Part shown: piece by piece, positions 45,908 to 56,055 of the stretch
Layout of the letters: each line of letters opens with the position of its first letter
Numbering within the stretch: the stretch's first letter is position 1
Assembly (NCBI GenBank): GCA_041674405.1
Contig: JBAYVT010000003.1
Location: 74,074-138,073 of the forward strand
Direction of reading: 5' to 3'
DNA length: 64,000 nt
Source: Patescibacteria group bacterium
GTDB taxonomy: Bacteria > Patescibacteriota > UBA1384 > XYA2-FULL-43-10
Notes under the pieces: generated by a model
What the model saw: only the letters and a program-made list of their open reading frames with translations
What the model was told of the DNA's origin: nothing
The model's database searches: none
Made by a program: the position numbers and the translations under genes

Positions 45908-48112
45908 TTAATGGTAAAAGTTGTTATATTCATCCTTGTCATCCGGAACATCGTCGCCTGACGGAATGAAACCTTCCGAGCCCGTATCAGAAACCAGAAC
46001 GTCTCTGGGTTTGGCACCATCGGCCGGCCCGATTGCCCCGTTTTCTTCCAGAATATCTAGAAGCCGTGCAGCCCTAGCATACCCTATTCGAAGCCGTCTT
46101 TGCAAAAGTGAAGCCGAAGCCTTGCCTGCTTGCATCACAACTTTAAGCGCATCATCATACAAATCGTCCTCGGCTGAACCATCACCAAATGCGCCGCTTG
46201 ACCCTTTGGACGATTTAAATTGCAATATTGTGTCATCATAATCAGGCGGGCTCAATTCTTTCAAAAAATCAACCAAGTCATTGATTTCTTTATCAGACAC
46301 GAAACAACCTTGAATACGGCGTGGCTTTGTGAGTCCATTGCCGACAAACAGCATGTCGCCGTTGCCAAGTAGTTTTTCCGCGCCGGACATATCAAGAATC
46401 GTGCGCGAATCAACTTGTGAAGCAGTAGCAAAGGCAATTCGGCAAGTAATATTTGCCTTGATCAAACCTGTTAGAACATCAACGGATGGGCGCTGCGTTG
46501 CAACAATCAAGTGCATCCCGGTTGCTCGCGCCATTTGTGCCAGGCGGACGATCGAACCCTCAACCTCGTTGGCTGAAGTCGCCATAAGATCCGCTAACTC
46601 GTCGATAACAATGACAATATAAGGTAACTTTCCTTCTGGGCCGGGGCTCTCATTATAAGCAGTGATATTCCTCTTCCCTAATTCTGAAAACATTTTGTAA
46701 CGGCGTTCCATTTCCCAAATTGCCCACTTTAAGGCAGACACCGTTTTGCCGACCTCGGTCACAACTGGCGTCAAAAGATGTGGAATATCATTGTAGTTTG
46801 TAAGTTCAACTCTCTTTGGGTCAACCATTAGCAGTTTCAGGTCGTTTGGCGAATTATGGAAAAGAAACGTCGTAATGATTGTATTGATACAGACCGATTT
46901 GCCCGAACCGGTAGCACCAGCGATTAAGACATGGGGCATTTTTTCAAGGTCAACAGCATATGAGGTACCGGCCACATCTCGCCCAAGGGCAATGGTTAGC
47001 TTTGACTTAACTGCCTTGAATTCTTGCGAGACCATCACCTCTTTCAATGTAACTTTTGCCGGCACTTTGTTCGGATTCTCGATGCCGACAGAGGATTTGC
47101 CGGGAATCGGTGCTTCCATACGAAGGCTCTTGGATGCTAGGGCGAGCGCCAAGTCGTTGGCGCGAGCAGTAATCTGATTTAACTTCACGCCCTCAACCGG
47201 CTTAAAAGTGTACTGCGTGACCGTTGGGCCAATATTGACTTCCCCCATTACTATGTCAATTCCAAAGTTTTTGAGTGTTTTTTGAATAACTTCAACATTT
47301 TTCTGAATATTGCCCGGATTGGCAACGTCGTCAGAGTCCTTTAAAATTTCAACCGGCGGATACTGCCAGCTCATATCTCTGGCAACAATTCTTGGTTCTG
47401 CCTCAATCACCGGTGCCTTCGCCACCCCCTCTCGCGGTTTCTTCATCGATGCTAGCTTGTTTCTTAGTGTCTTAAAAACCGAAACCCGGTTTCCACGATT
47501 TACCTTAACATCATCGTCGTCTTCCTTGTTTCCTTTCGCACTCTCCCAGCCAAATAACTGAGTGAATGAAATATTAAAAATCATCATCAGCGCAATAACG
47601 TCTAGTGCAAATGTGATAAGAAAAGATGCAAACAAACCGACGCCCTTTCGAAGCGGATCAGAGATCATATAACCCAAAATCCCTCCGCCAGAACCCGCAA
47701 ATGCGGCCTCTCGAGTGTCTAAAAGCGGGATAAAAAGATGAAGTGTTGCAGATAAAAATATGATCAACAGGATAAACCCGATGAACCTAGAAACCCTTTG
47801 CTTGTCGCGATTCGGAAATAAAAGGAGCACGCCGAACCAAAAAATAATTATTGGGAAAACATAGCCAGGAAAACTTCCAAAGATTTTGCGTATTATATGC
47901 GCTACCGAACTGCCAAAATTTCCCGCCATTTCAAAATAACCCAAAAGTATGACTACAGCAAAAATAAGGACTAGAATGGCAAAAATTTCCCGCCAGGTGC
48001 CAGCTCCAAGGCCAAGGGTAAAATCAAAGACAAAATCACCCCAATCATTTTCTTTCTGATACCACTTTGGATGCTTCTGCTTGTGTTTCGGATACTTCCG
48101 TTTGCGACCCAC
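45908..48112 (-). CDS. ftsK: DNA translocase FtsK/SpoIIIE
   Basis: Four N-terminal TM helices. Walker A GATGSGKSV. C-terminal gamma winged helix (LLQRRLRIGYARAARLLDILEENG). GTG start. Confidence 0.9.
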   Translation of the reverse strand: MGRKRKYPKHKQKHPKWYQKENDWGDFVFDFTLGLGAGTWREIFAILVLIFAVVILLGYFEMAGNFGSSVAHIIRKIFGSFPGYVFPIIIFWFGVLLLFPNRDKQRVSRFIGFILLIIFLSATLHLFIPLLDTREAAFAGSGGGILGYMISDPLRKGVGLFASFLITFALDVIALMMIFNISFTQLFGWESAKGNKEDDDDVKVNRGNRVSVFKTLRNKLASMKKPREGVAKAPVIEAEPRIVARDMSWQYPPVEILKDSDDVANPGNIQKNVEVIQKTLKNFGIDIVMGEVNIGPTVTQYTFKPVEGVKLNQITARANDLALALASKSLRMEAPIPGKSSVGIENPNKVPAKVTLKEVMVSQEFKAVKSKLTIALGRDVAGTSYAVDLEKMPHVLIAGATGSGKSVCINTIITTFLFHNSPNDLKLLMVDPKRVELTNYNDIPHLLTPVVTEVGKTVSALKWAIWEMERRYKMFSELGKRNITAYNESPGPEGKLPYIVIVIDELADLMATSANEVEGSIVRLAQMARATGMHLIVATQRPSVDVLTGLIKANITCRIAFATASQVDSRTILDMSGAEKLLGNGDMLFVGNGLTKPRRIQGCFVSDKEINDLVDFLKELSPPDYDDTILQFKSSKGSSGAFGDGSAEDDLYDDALKVVMQAGKASASLLQRRLRIGYARAARLLDILEENGAIGPADGAKPRDVLVSDTGSEGFIPSGDDVPDDKDEYNNFYH

Positions 48113-48127
48113 AATCCCCTCCGGGGT

Positions 48128-48244
48128 AAATTACAAATTACAAGAAACAAATCACAAATAATATCCAATCAGCAATTTCCAATCTCGATACCTTTAGTTG
48201 GAATTAATTTGATATTTGGAATTTGTCATTTGTAATTTGATTTC
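48128..48244. repeat. AT-rich palindromic element upstream of ftsK (AAATTACAAATTACAAG...ATTTGTCATTTGTAATTTG)
   Basis: Inverted arms at ~48128-48160 and 48221-48244 with a nested TTCCAA/TTGGAA inverted repeat. Confidence 0.35.
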
Positions 48245-48339
48245 ATTATATCTCCATTGAACACAATGCGCAATAAATGGTATCTTTAGTTTTAATCCGC
48301 TCTACGATAGCGGCAACCTAGAACCGGAAAGGACAGACT

Positions 48340-48864
48340 ATGTTACCGTATCTTACGGTTTTGCTAGTAGCCGTAGTTGTGGTAGCAGTTGCAGTAACAC
48401 TCGTGCGGTCAAGGAATATTGCCGCATTCGCAGACAAGGCTGTTGCAGACCTTGCGTCGGGATCATGCGAGATCCGCTTCAGGCGGATCGAGCACACAAT
48501 CGACGGCCATCATAGAGGAGTGCTGCTTATGATGTGCCTTCACGAACCGGTCGAGCGCTTTACGCGTCTTTCGATTATGCGTCGCGTTAGGGTTGTTGTT
48601 GAAGTCGAGGGAGAATTCCCCTATCGTTGCACGCCCTACAAAATGGAACTCTCAGTGCGCGATGCCGACCTCGCTGGTGTTGCATACCTAACGCTAAGGG
48701 GCAAAACCCCTCTTTGGGTTGTCGATCCAGTCTGGAAGCATACGTTCGCAGTGCTCGTGCCCGAAAGCTTGCAACCAGGAGGGTCGGAGAAATTTATAAC
48801 CCGAATAAGGGTAACTCTACCAACCTGGCCGAGTAAGCGTAAACTCGAGCTAACAATTCCTTAA
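48340..48864 (+). CDS. hypothetical membrane-anchored protein, moderately GC-rich
   Basis: N-terminal TM (LTVLLVAVVVVAVAVTLV). About 55% GC. Confidence 0.45.
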   Translation: MLPYLTVLLVAVVVVAVAVTLVRSRNIAAFADKAVADLASGSCEIRFRRIEHTIDGHHRGVLLMMCLHEPVERFTRLSIMRRVRVVVEVEGEFPYRCTPYKMELSVRDADLAGVAYLTLRGKTPLWVVDPVWKHTFAVLVPESLQPGGSEKFITRIRVTLPTWPSKRKLELTIP

Positions 48865-49070
48865 GCCGCCCAGAACCGCGAACGCCACCCCGGTCGGGGT
48901 GGCGTTTCCACGTTAAATTGCTATTTTGTTTTCCCTGCGGACTAAGGACTACTCACTACTATCTAGTCCTAAACCTCAATAACTACAAGGATGACCACCC
49001 CACTTCGCCAAGGCTACGCGGGGCAAGACTCATTTCAGAGCAAGAGTCGATAATAGATAATCGTTGTGCA

Positions 49071-51032
49071 TTATACCTCGATCACTACAGGGATGACCAT
49101 TGGCCTTCGTTCTGTCTCCGTATATAGGAACTCTCCCATGTCGTCGCGGATTTTCTGCTTGATCAGATTCCAGTCGGGCTGGGTTTTGGCTTCGGTGTGT
49201 TTGGCAAAAAGCCGTTTGATCTCAGCACGGGATTTGTGCACCAGCTGTTCGTTTTCACGCATATAGATGAAGCCGCGAGAAATGATATCGGGAGAGGTAA
49301 CAATCTCGCCAGTCTTGTGATCAACGGTAACAATAATGACAAAAATTCCATCCTGGGCCATTGCCTTTCTGTCGCGAAGAACGATGTTGCCTACATCGCC
49401 AACGCCGAGGCCGTCAACCATCACATAAGATGCAGGAACGCGCTTGTTGGTAACCGAGCCCATATCTTTTGAGAATTCAATTACCTGGCCGTTATCGGCA
49501 ACGAGGCAATGCTCTTCGTCGACGATTCCCATATCTTGGGCAATCTGCGCGAGTAGCATCAATCTGTGGCGTTCGCCGTGGGTCGGGATCAAATATTTCG
49601 GGCGGACAAGCGCGATCATCAATTTCAGGTCTTCCTGCTTGGCATGGCCAGAAGTGTGAACATCCATAAGTTTTTGATAGATTACGCGCGAGCCGGCGCG
49701 ATACAGATTGTCCATAAGCTCGGAAACAGATCGCTCATTACCTGGAATTGGCGAGGCCGAAAGAACAGTCGTGTCGCCTCTTTTTATCTTGATTTGGCGA
49801 TGTTCACCAAGGGCAATTCGGGTCAGGGCAGCGCGGTCTTCTCCTTGCGAACCGGTACAAACAATTATTACCTTATTATCCGGATAATTTTTTAACGCAT
49901 GAACATCGATGACGGTATCCTTCGGCACGACAAGAGCGCCAAGCGAGGTAGCAATCTCGTATGATTGGAGCATCGATCGGCCAACAAAAGTAACTTTGCG
50001 GTCGAATTTCTTGGCGACATTCAAAATTTGCTGAATACGCGAGATCAAAAGTGAGAATGTTGCGATGATTAGGCGCCCTTTGACCTGATCCATGATTTTG
50101 AAAATCGTATCTTCGATTTCTCGCTCAGATATTGAAACCCCTGGTTTTTCGACATTGGTACATTCGCAAATTAGCGCCGCTGGTTTCTCTCCGCCGAGCA
50201 TAGCAATCTGTGAAAAATCGACCGGCTTGCCATCAGCTGGGGTATGGTCAAATTTCCAGTCGCCAGTATGAATAACCAGACCTTCTGGCGTGTCGATCGC
50301 AAAACCCATCGCCTGTGGAATTGAGTGAGTAAGCCGAAAAGTCCTTACCTTAAATACCCCAAGCTGAAGTACATCTTTGCCAGCTTCGATCGTATTTAAT
50401 TTAGCTCCCTCGGCCAGGCCAAATTCTTCCATCTTGCCACGAATAAGGCCGATAGCAAGGGGCGATGAATAGATCTGGGGCGAGCCAAGCTTTTCATAGA
50501 TGTAAGGTATGGCCCCAATGTGATCCAAGTGGCCATGAGTGATGAGAAGGGCACGAATTTTATGCTTGTTTTGCTCAAGATACGAGACATCGGGAATGAC
50601 GAAGTCAATGCCTGGCATATCCTGGTCCGGAAACATAAGCCCGGCATCGATAATGATAATGTCGTTCTTATACTCTAGAACCATCATATTTTTACCACCA
50701 GTTTCTTCATTGCCACCGATAGGAATGATTCGAAGCTTTGGCTCTATAAAAAATTTGGTGTTTTTGCCTTCGGTTGATTGGGCAGTAAATCTTGGTTCAT
50801 CAACTTTTCCCGAAATTTTAGCATAGTCAAAAGATCTGCCACCCTCGGGTTTTTGCACAGGACGAGAATTTCGTTTATGCGGTGTTTTCTGACCGGATGA
50901 TCGGCTAACAAAAGCCTGATCGCCCGCAACGGTGCGCACAGGTGAAGAAACGCTGTGTTTTGGCACAGGTTTGTTTGCTCGGATGTTTCTCGTTGTCCGT
51001 CCACCTGTGTTTACTCTTTGCATTTTTTCCAT
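49071..51032 (-). CDS. rnj: ribonuclease J (beta-CASP metallo-beta-lactamase) with ~100-aa basic N-terminal extension
   Basis: HGHLDHIGA (HxHxDH). Beta-CASP motifs. IIPLGG-like start only after a K/R/S/P-rich 100-aa leader. Confidence 0.9.
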   Translation of the reverse strand: MEKMQRVNTGGRTTRNIRANKPVPKHSVSSPVRTVAGDQAFVSRSSGQKTPHKRNSRPVQKPEGGRSFDYAKISGKVDEPRFTAQSTEGKNTKFFIEPKLRIIPIGGNEETGGKNMMVLEYKNDIIIIDAGLMFPDQDMPGIDFVIPDVSYLEQNKHKIRALLITHGHLDHIGAIPYIYEKLGSPQIYSSPLAIGLIRGKMEEFGLAEGAKLNTIEAGKDVLQLGVFKVRTFRLTHSIPQAMGFAIDTPEGLVIHTGDWKFDHTPADGKPVDFSQIAMLGGEKPAALICECTNVEKPGVSISEREIEDTIFKIMDQVKGRLIIATFSLLISRIQQILNVAKKFDRKVTFVGRSMLQSYEIATSLGALVVPKDTVIDVHALKNYPDNKVIIVCTGSQGEDRAALTRIALGEHRQIKIKRGDTTVLSASPIPGNERSVSELMDNLYRAGSRVIYQKLMDVHTSGHAKQEDLKLMIALVRPKYLIPTHGERHRLMLLAQIAQDMGIVDEEHCLVADNGQVIEFSKDMGSVTNKRVPASYVMVDGLGVGDVGNIVLRDRKAMAQDGIFVIIVTVDHKTGEIVTSPDIISRGFIYMRENEQLVHKSRAEIKRLFAKHTEAKTQPDWNLIKQKIRDDMGEFLYTETERRPMVIPVVIEV

Positions 51033-51062
51033 TTAGTTTTTCCTTTAGTTCAAAAGAACATA

Positions 51063-51695
51063 TTATATTAGTTTTGTTTGAATTGGCTTATCGTCGTTAT
51101 CTGGTTTGATATTCCCTTTAGTCTCCTGCTCTTTGATTTTTTTAAGAACCGCTGGTACTTTTTTAAAATCGTCCATAAGCGTGCCTCGCAATCCGCCATT
51201 GTGCAGGGCTGCCGCCGGGTGGTAGAGGGCGAAGTAAACTTGGCCATTCGGCCGTTTGACCGCTTTGCCATGGAGCTTAGAAATCCCACCTGCTGCCGGT
51301 ATAAATGTATTGCATGAGTGCCGGCCGAGGCAAACGATGAGTTTGGGTTTTATAATTTCAAGTTGACGATTAAGATACGATTTGCAAGCCTCTTTCTCCG
51401 TATCTTCCGGATCCCGATTTCCCGGGGGTCTACATTTTACCGTGTTTAGAATAAAAACTTTTTCACGTGTGAGGCCAATAGAGGCTAGCATTTCGTCTAA
51501 GAATTTTCCGGCGGCTCCGCAAAAAGGGATGCCTGCCAGATCTTCCTTCTCCCCCGGCGCTTCGCCAACAAAAAGTATGTCAGCGTCGGGGTCTCCGCTT
51601 CCAGGAACAGTATTAGTCCTTGATTTCGAAAGTGGGCATAGTGCACACTTAGAAACTTCACCTGCAATAATATCGAGTTCTTCTTTCTTATTCAT
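51063..51695 (-). CDS. uracil-DNA glycosylase, family 4
   Basis: CALCPL...GEAPGEKEDLAGIPFCGAAGKFLD motif. Start moved to the internal ATG at 51695 (track start is TTG 51749). Confidence 0.75.
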   Translation of the reverse strand: MNKKEELDIIAGEVSKCALCPLSKSRTNTVPGSGDPDADILFVGEAPGEKEDLAGIPFCGAAGKFLDEMLASIGLTREKVFILNTVKCRPPGNRDPEDTEKEACKSYLNRQLEIIKPKLIVCLGRHSCNTFIPAAGGISKLHGKAVKRPNGQVYFALYHPAAALHNGGLRGTLMDDFKKVPAVLKKIKEQETKGNIKPDNDDKPIQTKLI

Positions 51696-51804
51696 CAAAA
51701 AGAGAAATAAATGATTAAAAAATCGCTTAATTAGAGTCCTGTCCCTCAAAAGTTAATCTCATTGTACCAGGTGCGAATAAAAAAGTCAATAGATAAAGGT
51801 GGTG

Positions 51805-51826
51805 CCCCCGCCTAGACGGCGGGGGG
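51805..51826. terminator. GC hairpin (cccccgcc tagac ggcggggg) at 3' end of hypothetical gene
   Basis: 8-bp stem overlapping the stop codon. Weak U-tract. Confidence 0.3.
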
Positions 51827-52261
51827 TTCGTGTTCGGTTGCCCGATCGGTGATCCGCTTAAACAAAGTTTCAACACCGATCAAAGGCATGGCTGCTTGGA
51901 ATGCAGCCTGTATGGTTGTGCGGTCAAGCGGCTTCCATCCGCTCGAGCCGCATTGAACAAGCGCGCGGACTTGTTCAAAAAGTTGTTCCGTCGGGACCCT
52001 GCCGGTAGCATTGGTATAGCCACCGGATATCCCGCCGCAGACTGAACGTGCTGTCAGCCTGAGAAGTTGGGCATTTGGTTCGCCTTGGGGCTTGTTCGTT
52101 CGGACAGACACGATTAGTCCTGTTCGGTTAGAATCATTCCAGAAGTAGAATTCGGATTCCTCGGTGCCATCATAGCTGCGCTGTCCCGTATAACATCCGA
52201 TGTACCGATATCCGAGAGGCGCCAGCTTTCTCTGAAGCCTTTTCAGCGCTATCACCTCCAA
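51812..52261 (-). CDS. hypothetical protein, moderately GC-rich
   Basis: 149-aa ORF. No motif recognised. Confidence 0.4.
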   Translation of the reverse strand: MEVIALKRLQRKLAPLGYRYIGCYTGQRSYDGTEESEFYFWNDSNRTGLIVSVRTNKPQGEPNAQLLRLTARSVCGGISGGYTNATGRVPTEQLFEQVRALVQCGSSGWKPLDRTTIQAAFQAAMPLIGVETLFKRITDRATEHEPPAV

Positions 52262-52433
52262 GCGATCTAAATTAATATATCAATAAGAGTGACATAAATT
52301 CAATCTAAATAAAGAGCCGGAAATGCAAGGCTTAAGAAAACTTTTTAGAAATTATCCATAGATTTTGACCTACTCGACTCTAGAATTTTCTGTTAGTGGC
52401 TGATTAGTGCTCGTAAATAATTTTTTGCAAATG

Positions 52434-52463
52434 TTGAATTTTCTCTCCGCCTGGTGCTACAAT
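52434..52463 (+). promoter_or_regulatory. sigma-70-type promoter for purN (TTGAAT - 18 nt - TGcTACAAT extended -10)
   Basis: Hexamers read directly from the sequence. AGGAGA SD before ATG 52509. Confidence 0.45.
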
Positions 52464-52508
52464 TTTTTTGAGGCGTTTCTACTCACAGACTACGGAAGGA
52501 GAATTGTC

Positions 52509-53123
52509 ATGAACAAGCTGTTGTTGGGCGTCTTGATCTCAGGAGGGGGCACCAACCTCCAAAAGATCATTGATCGTATCGGGGATGGCACCCTTTGTGC
52601 TGAGGTCGCTGTAGTGATCTCGAACAAAACCGATGCTTACGGCCTCGAACGTGCCAGAAATGCTGGCATTCGGGCTGTATTCCTTGACCCGAAAAGCTTC
52701 TCCAGCAAGCACGAGTTCGACCAGGCAATAGCCGAGGAACTTCAGCACTCAGGCGTTCAGCTCGTGGTTATGGCCGGATACATGAGGCTGCTCGGCAAGG
52801 AAGTCCTCGACGCCTTCCCGGGCAAGGTAATCAATCTTCATCCCGCTCTGCTGCCCTCATTCAAGGGGGAGCACGGGATTGCGGATGCCTTCGCCTATGG
52901 GGTTAAGGTCACCGGGGTAACCGTGCATTTCGCCGATGGCGAGTATGACACTGGCCCCATTATCGCGCAAACGCCAATCGCTGTGCTTGAGGACGACACA
53001 GTGGAGTCGCTCGAGCAGCGCATTCATGATGCTGAGTACAAGATCCTACCTCGAGTCATCCAGTTATTCTCGGAGGGCCGCGTCAAGATCGATGGTCGCC
53101 GCATTCACATCGACCAGAGGTAA
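52509..53123 (+). CDS. purN: phosphoribosylglycinamide formyltransferase PurN
   Basis: LISGGGTNLQ, VVMAGYMRLL and NLHPALLPSFKG motifs. True start at 52509 (track start 52407 is upstream read-through). About 56% GC. Confidence 0.85.
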   Translation: MNKLLLGVLISGGGTNLQKIIDRIGDGTLCAEVAVVISNKTDAYGLERARNAGIRAVFLDPKSFSSKHEFDQAIAEELQHSGVQLVVMAGYMRLLGKEVLDAFPGKVINLHPALLPSFKGEHGIADAFAYGVKVTGVTVHFADGEYDTGPIIAQTPIAVLEDDTVESLEQRIHDAEYKILPRVIQLFSEGRVKIDGRRIHIDQR

Positions 53124-53261
53124 GCCACCGAGGTTCGTCTGAAAAAGGCTCTGCACTCCTTTATCCTCTTCAGGCGAGCCTTTTTCTATTCATAGAATAT
53201 GATTAAAAAAATTCCCCGAAGAAATTCGGGGAATTTTTTCTATGAGATTAAATTTTTACAA

Positions 53262-55412
53262 TTAGTTATTTCCGGCCAATGCTTTCATTGAAAGTGAAAT
53301 CCTGCCCTTCATTGGGTCGACTTCAATCACTTTGGCAGTGACCATCTGTCCAACTTTGAGAACATCAGAAACCTTTTCGATTCGTTTGTCGGAGATTTGC
53401 GAGATGTGAATCATGCCGTCGATCTTCGGGGTGATTTGGACAATTGCACCAATCTCTTTTCCAGACATCCTGTCCTTCTTGATATCGATGATTTCCCCGG
53501 TGATGATTTCGCCTGGCTGAACCTCACGCATCATCGCCTTGATTTGCGAGATTGCTTTGGCGCCCATCTCTTGATCAGTTGAGGAGACAAGCACCGTACC
53601 GTCGTCTTCGATATCGATACTGATGATTTCTTTGCCACCGCAATCTTCGACAATCTTCTTGACATTCTTGCCGCCCGGGCCAATAAGCTCTCCTATCTTG
53701 TCAGGATTGATTTTGATCGATTCAATTCTAGGAGCATACTTGGACATTTCTGCCTTTGGCGCAGGCATGACTTTGGCTATTTCGTCGAGAATCTCAAGCC
53801 GGGCCTTTTTTGCCTGTGCTAGCGTGTCGCGGACGATATCCATAGTCAATCCCTCAATCTTGGTATCCATCTGGATCGCTGTCACACCATCGCGAGTTCC
53901 GGCAACCTTGAAATCCATGTCGCCAGAAAAATCTTCAAGTCCCTGAAGGTCGGTAAGGATTTTATATACAGATGCGTCTTCATTTGTGACCAAACCCATG
54001 GCAATACCAGCAACCGGTTTCTTGATCGGAACGCCGGCATCCATAAGCGCCAAGGTCGAGCCGCAAGTTGCCGCCATCGATGTTGAGCCATTGGATGAAA
54101 GGATTTCCGAGACTAGTCTAATAGTATAAGGAAACTCTTCGCTTGATGGGATCATTGGCTTTAAGGCTTTTTCTGCCAAATAACCATGGCCAATTTCACG
54201 CCTGGAGGCACCGCGAACGGGGCGAACCTCGCCGGTGGAGAATGGCGGGAAATTATAGTGGTGCATAAATCTCTTCGTGGTATCTTCTCCCATCGTGTCA
54301 ATCAATTGTTCCATGCCGGGAGATCCAAGCGTAGCGACGGTCAATGATTGAGACTCTCCGCGGGCAAAAAGGCCTGATCCGTGAGTGCGTGGAAGAAGGC
54401 CAATTTCAATATGCAATGGCCTGATTTCTTCCATACCTCGTCCATCGGGGCGTGAGTCATGTTCAAGTATACTCTCTCGCACTTCGTTGTTCACAACTTT
54501 GGCAAAGGCACCCTTTAAGTCAATCTGTTTGTACGTTCCCTCAAAGGTCTGTAGTATCTCCTGTTCAAAGGCCTTGATCGTTTTTTCGCGCGATTCCTTG
54601 TCAAGCGCCCGAAGCTCGGCTCGCAACCTATCTGCAACCAAATTATGAACCTCTGCATGAATTGCTACAAACGGATCGGGTGCAAATCCCTTTTCCTCTT
54701 CAGTAACAATTTTCCTGTGTTCCGCACCAATCTTTTTCTGAATATCAAGAACAGGCTGAATTGAATCAACCGCAAGCTTGATTCCCTCAAAAATTTGTTC
54801 TTCCGGAATTTCATTTGATTCGGTTTCAAGCATCATTACTCTGTCCTTTGCGGCAGCAACTGTCAGAAATAGGTCAGATGCTTCGATTTCATCCTCTGTC
54901 GGGCAAACCTTGAGTTTGCCATCAACAAGCGAGACATTTACCGCTCCGACAGGTCCCTTATATGGAGCCTTGGTCATCAAAAGTGCCGTGGATGCGGCAA
55001 TGATTGAGATTGCATCAGGCTCATGAACGCCATCGTAGGAAAGAACTGTCACGACAACCTGGACATCATTTCTATAAGTTTTTGGGAATAGAGGGCGGAT
55101 TGGCCGGTCAATTTTGCGCGCTGCAAGAATTGCCGCCTCAGAGGGCCTTCCTTCACGCTTAATAAAACGGCTACCGGAAATTTTTCCTGCAGCATAAAAT
55201 CGCTCTTCGTAATCAACGAGAAGCGGAAAGAAATCAACTCCTTCGCGGGTATCATCGGCAACCACTGCAGTTGCTAAAACAACCGTCTCGCCATACGTAA
55301 GTGTAATTGCGCCCTCCGCAAGCCCTGCTAATTTCCCCGTTTCGAACACTAGTTTCTCACCGGCAAAATCCACCTCGTAACGATGGACCTTATACTCTTC
55401 TACCTTCGCCAT
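53262..55412 (-). CDS. pnp: polynucleotide phosphorylase
   Basis: Two RNase PH domains, a KH domain and a C-terminal S1 domain (GQMVTAKVIEVDPMKGRISLSMKA). Confidence 0.95.
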   Translation of the reverse strand: MAKVEEYKVHRYEVDFAGEKLVFETGKLAGLAEGAITLTYGETVVLATAVVADDTREGVDFFPLLVDYEERFYAAGKISGSRFIKREGRPSEAAILAARKIDRPIRPLFPKTYRNDVQVVVTVLSYDGVHEPDAISIIAASTALLMTKAPYKGPVGAVNVSLVDGKLKVCPTEDEIEASDLFLTVAAAKDRVMMLETESNEIPEEQIFEGIKLAVDSIQPVLDIQKKIGAEHRKIVTEEEKGFAPDPFVAIHAEVHNLVADRLRAELRALDKESREKTIKAFEQEILQTFEGTYKQIDLKGAFAKVVNNEVRESILEHDSRPDGRGMEEIRPLHIEIGLLPRTHGSGLFARGESQSLTVATLGSPGMEQLIDTMGEDTTKRFMHHYNFPPFSTGEVRPVRGASRREIGHGYLAEKALKPMIPSSEEFPYTIRLVSEILSSNGSTSMAATCGSTLALMDAGVPIKKPVAGIAMGLVTNEDASVYKILTDLQGLEDFSGDMDFKVAGTRDGVTAIQMDTKIEGLTMDIVRDTLAQAKKARLEILDEIAKVMPAPKAEMSKYAPRIESIKINPDKIGELIGPGGKNVKKIVEDCGGKEIISIDIEDDGTVLVSSTDQEMGAKAISQIKAMMREVQPGEIITGEIIDIKKDRMSGKEIGAIVQITPKIDGMIHISQISDKRIEKVSDVLKVGQMVTAKVIEVDPMKGRISLSMKALAGNN

Positions 55413-55439
55413 ACTGAAAAATCCTTTCTAGAAGGATGA

Positions 55440-55760
55440 GAGATGAGTTCGTGAAAGTGAAAGGAAACGACAATCCGTTGATACAATCGTTTATACAGTA
55501 GTTGAACCAGTAGTAATACTATTGTTTTAACAACCGTATCAACTACCGAGTTAACTATGTGTCAACTGAGTTCCCGGAAATTTCTTTTGCAATTTCCTCT
55601 CACCTACCAACCCATCCTTCTTGTTACTAATTTATATTGTATTTACCTCACAGAATTTTTTCACAGAATTTCACAGATAATTTCGCTGGTCATACCCACA
55701 CTGAACCTTTTTCATGAGCGTTTTCTGTGTCCTTCTGTGAATTTTTCTGTGGAGTAATAT
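55440..55760 (-). promoter_or_regulatory. structured rpsO-pnp intergenic leader with multiple inverted repeats (CACAGAA x3 / TTCTGTG x3; GTTGATAC/GTATCAAC)
   Basis: Repeats read at 55649-55680 and 55723-55752, and an inverted repeat at ~55467-55546. Position matches the known pnp autoregulatory leader. Confidence 0.4.
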
Positions 55761-55767
55761 TCCGCTC

Positions 55768-56055
55768 TTATTTCCGTAAACCTAAATCGGAAATAAGCTT
55801 CTCGTATTTCTTCTCATCTGACTTTTTCAGATAATTCAGAAGTCTTCGTCTTTTACCAACCATCGAAAGAAGACCGCGGCGGGAATCAAAATCTTTCTTG
55901 TGCTCCTTTAAATGCTTGGTAAGATCAGAAACCTTTTTGGTCAAAACTGCGACCTGTACCTCTACTGAACCTGTATCGTCTTTATGCGATCTGTATTTCT
56001 TAATCAGATCAACCTTTTCCCCTGCCTTCTTCGTGTTTTTCTTTACTTCTGCCAT
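55768..56055 (-). CDS. rpsO: 30S ribosomal protein S15
   Basis: [13 protein letters not shown]...[27 protein letters not shown]. Start taken at ATG 56055 (MAEVKK). The track ORF extends to GTG 56121. Confidence 0.85.
   Translation of the reverse strand: MAEVKKNTKKAGEKVDLIKKYRSHKDDTGSVEVQVAVLTKKVSDLTKHLKEHKKDFDSRRGLLSMVGKRRRLLNYLKKSDEKKYEKLISDLGLRK

Noticed and set aside
52380-52510. ZTP (pfl) riboswitch upstream of purN, suggested by the CCGCCTGG string
   Set aside because: The 5' sub-domain consensus is absent. The string lies in the spacer of a well-formed sigma-70 promoter (TTGAAT-18-TGCTACAAT), which explains the region better.
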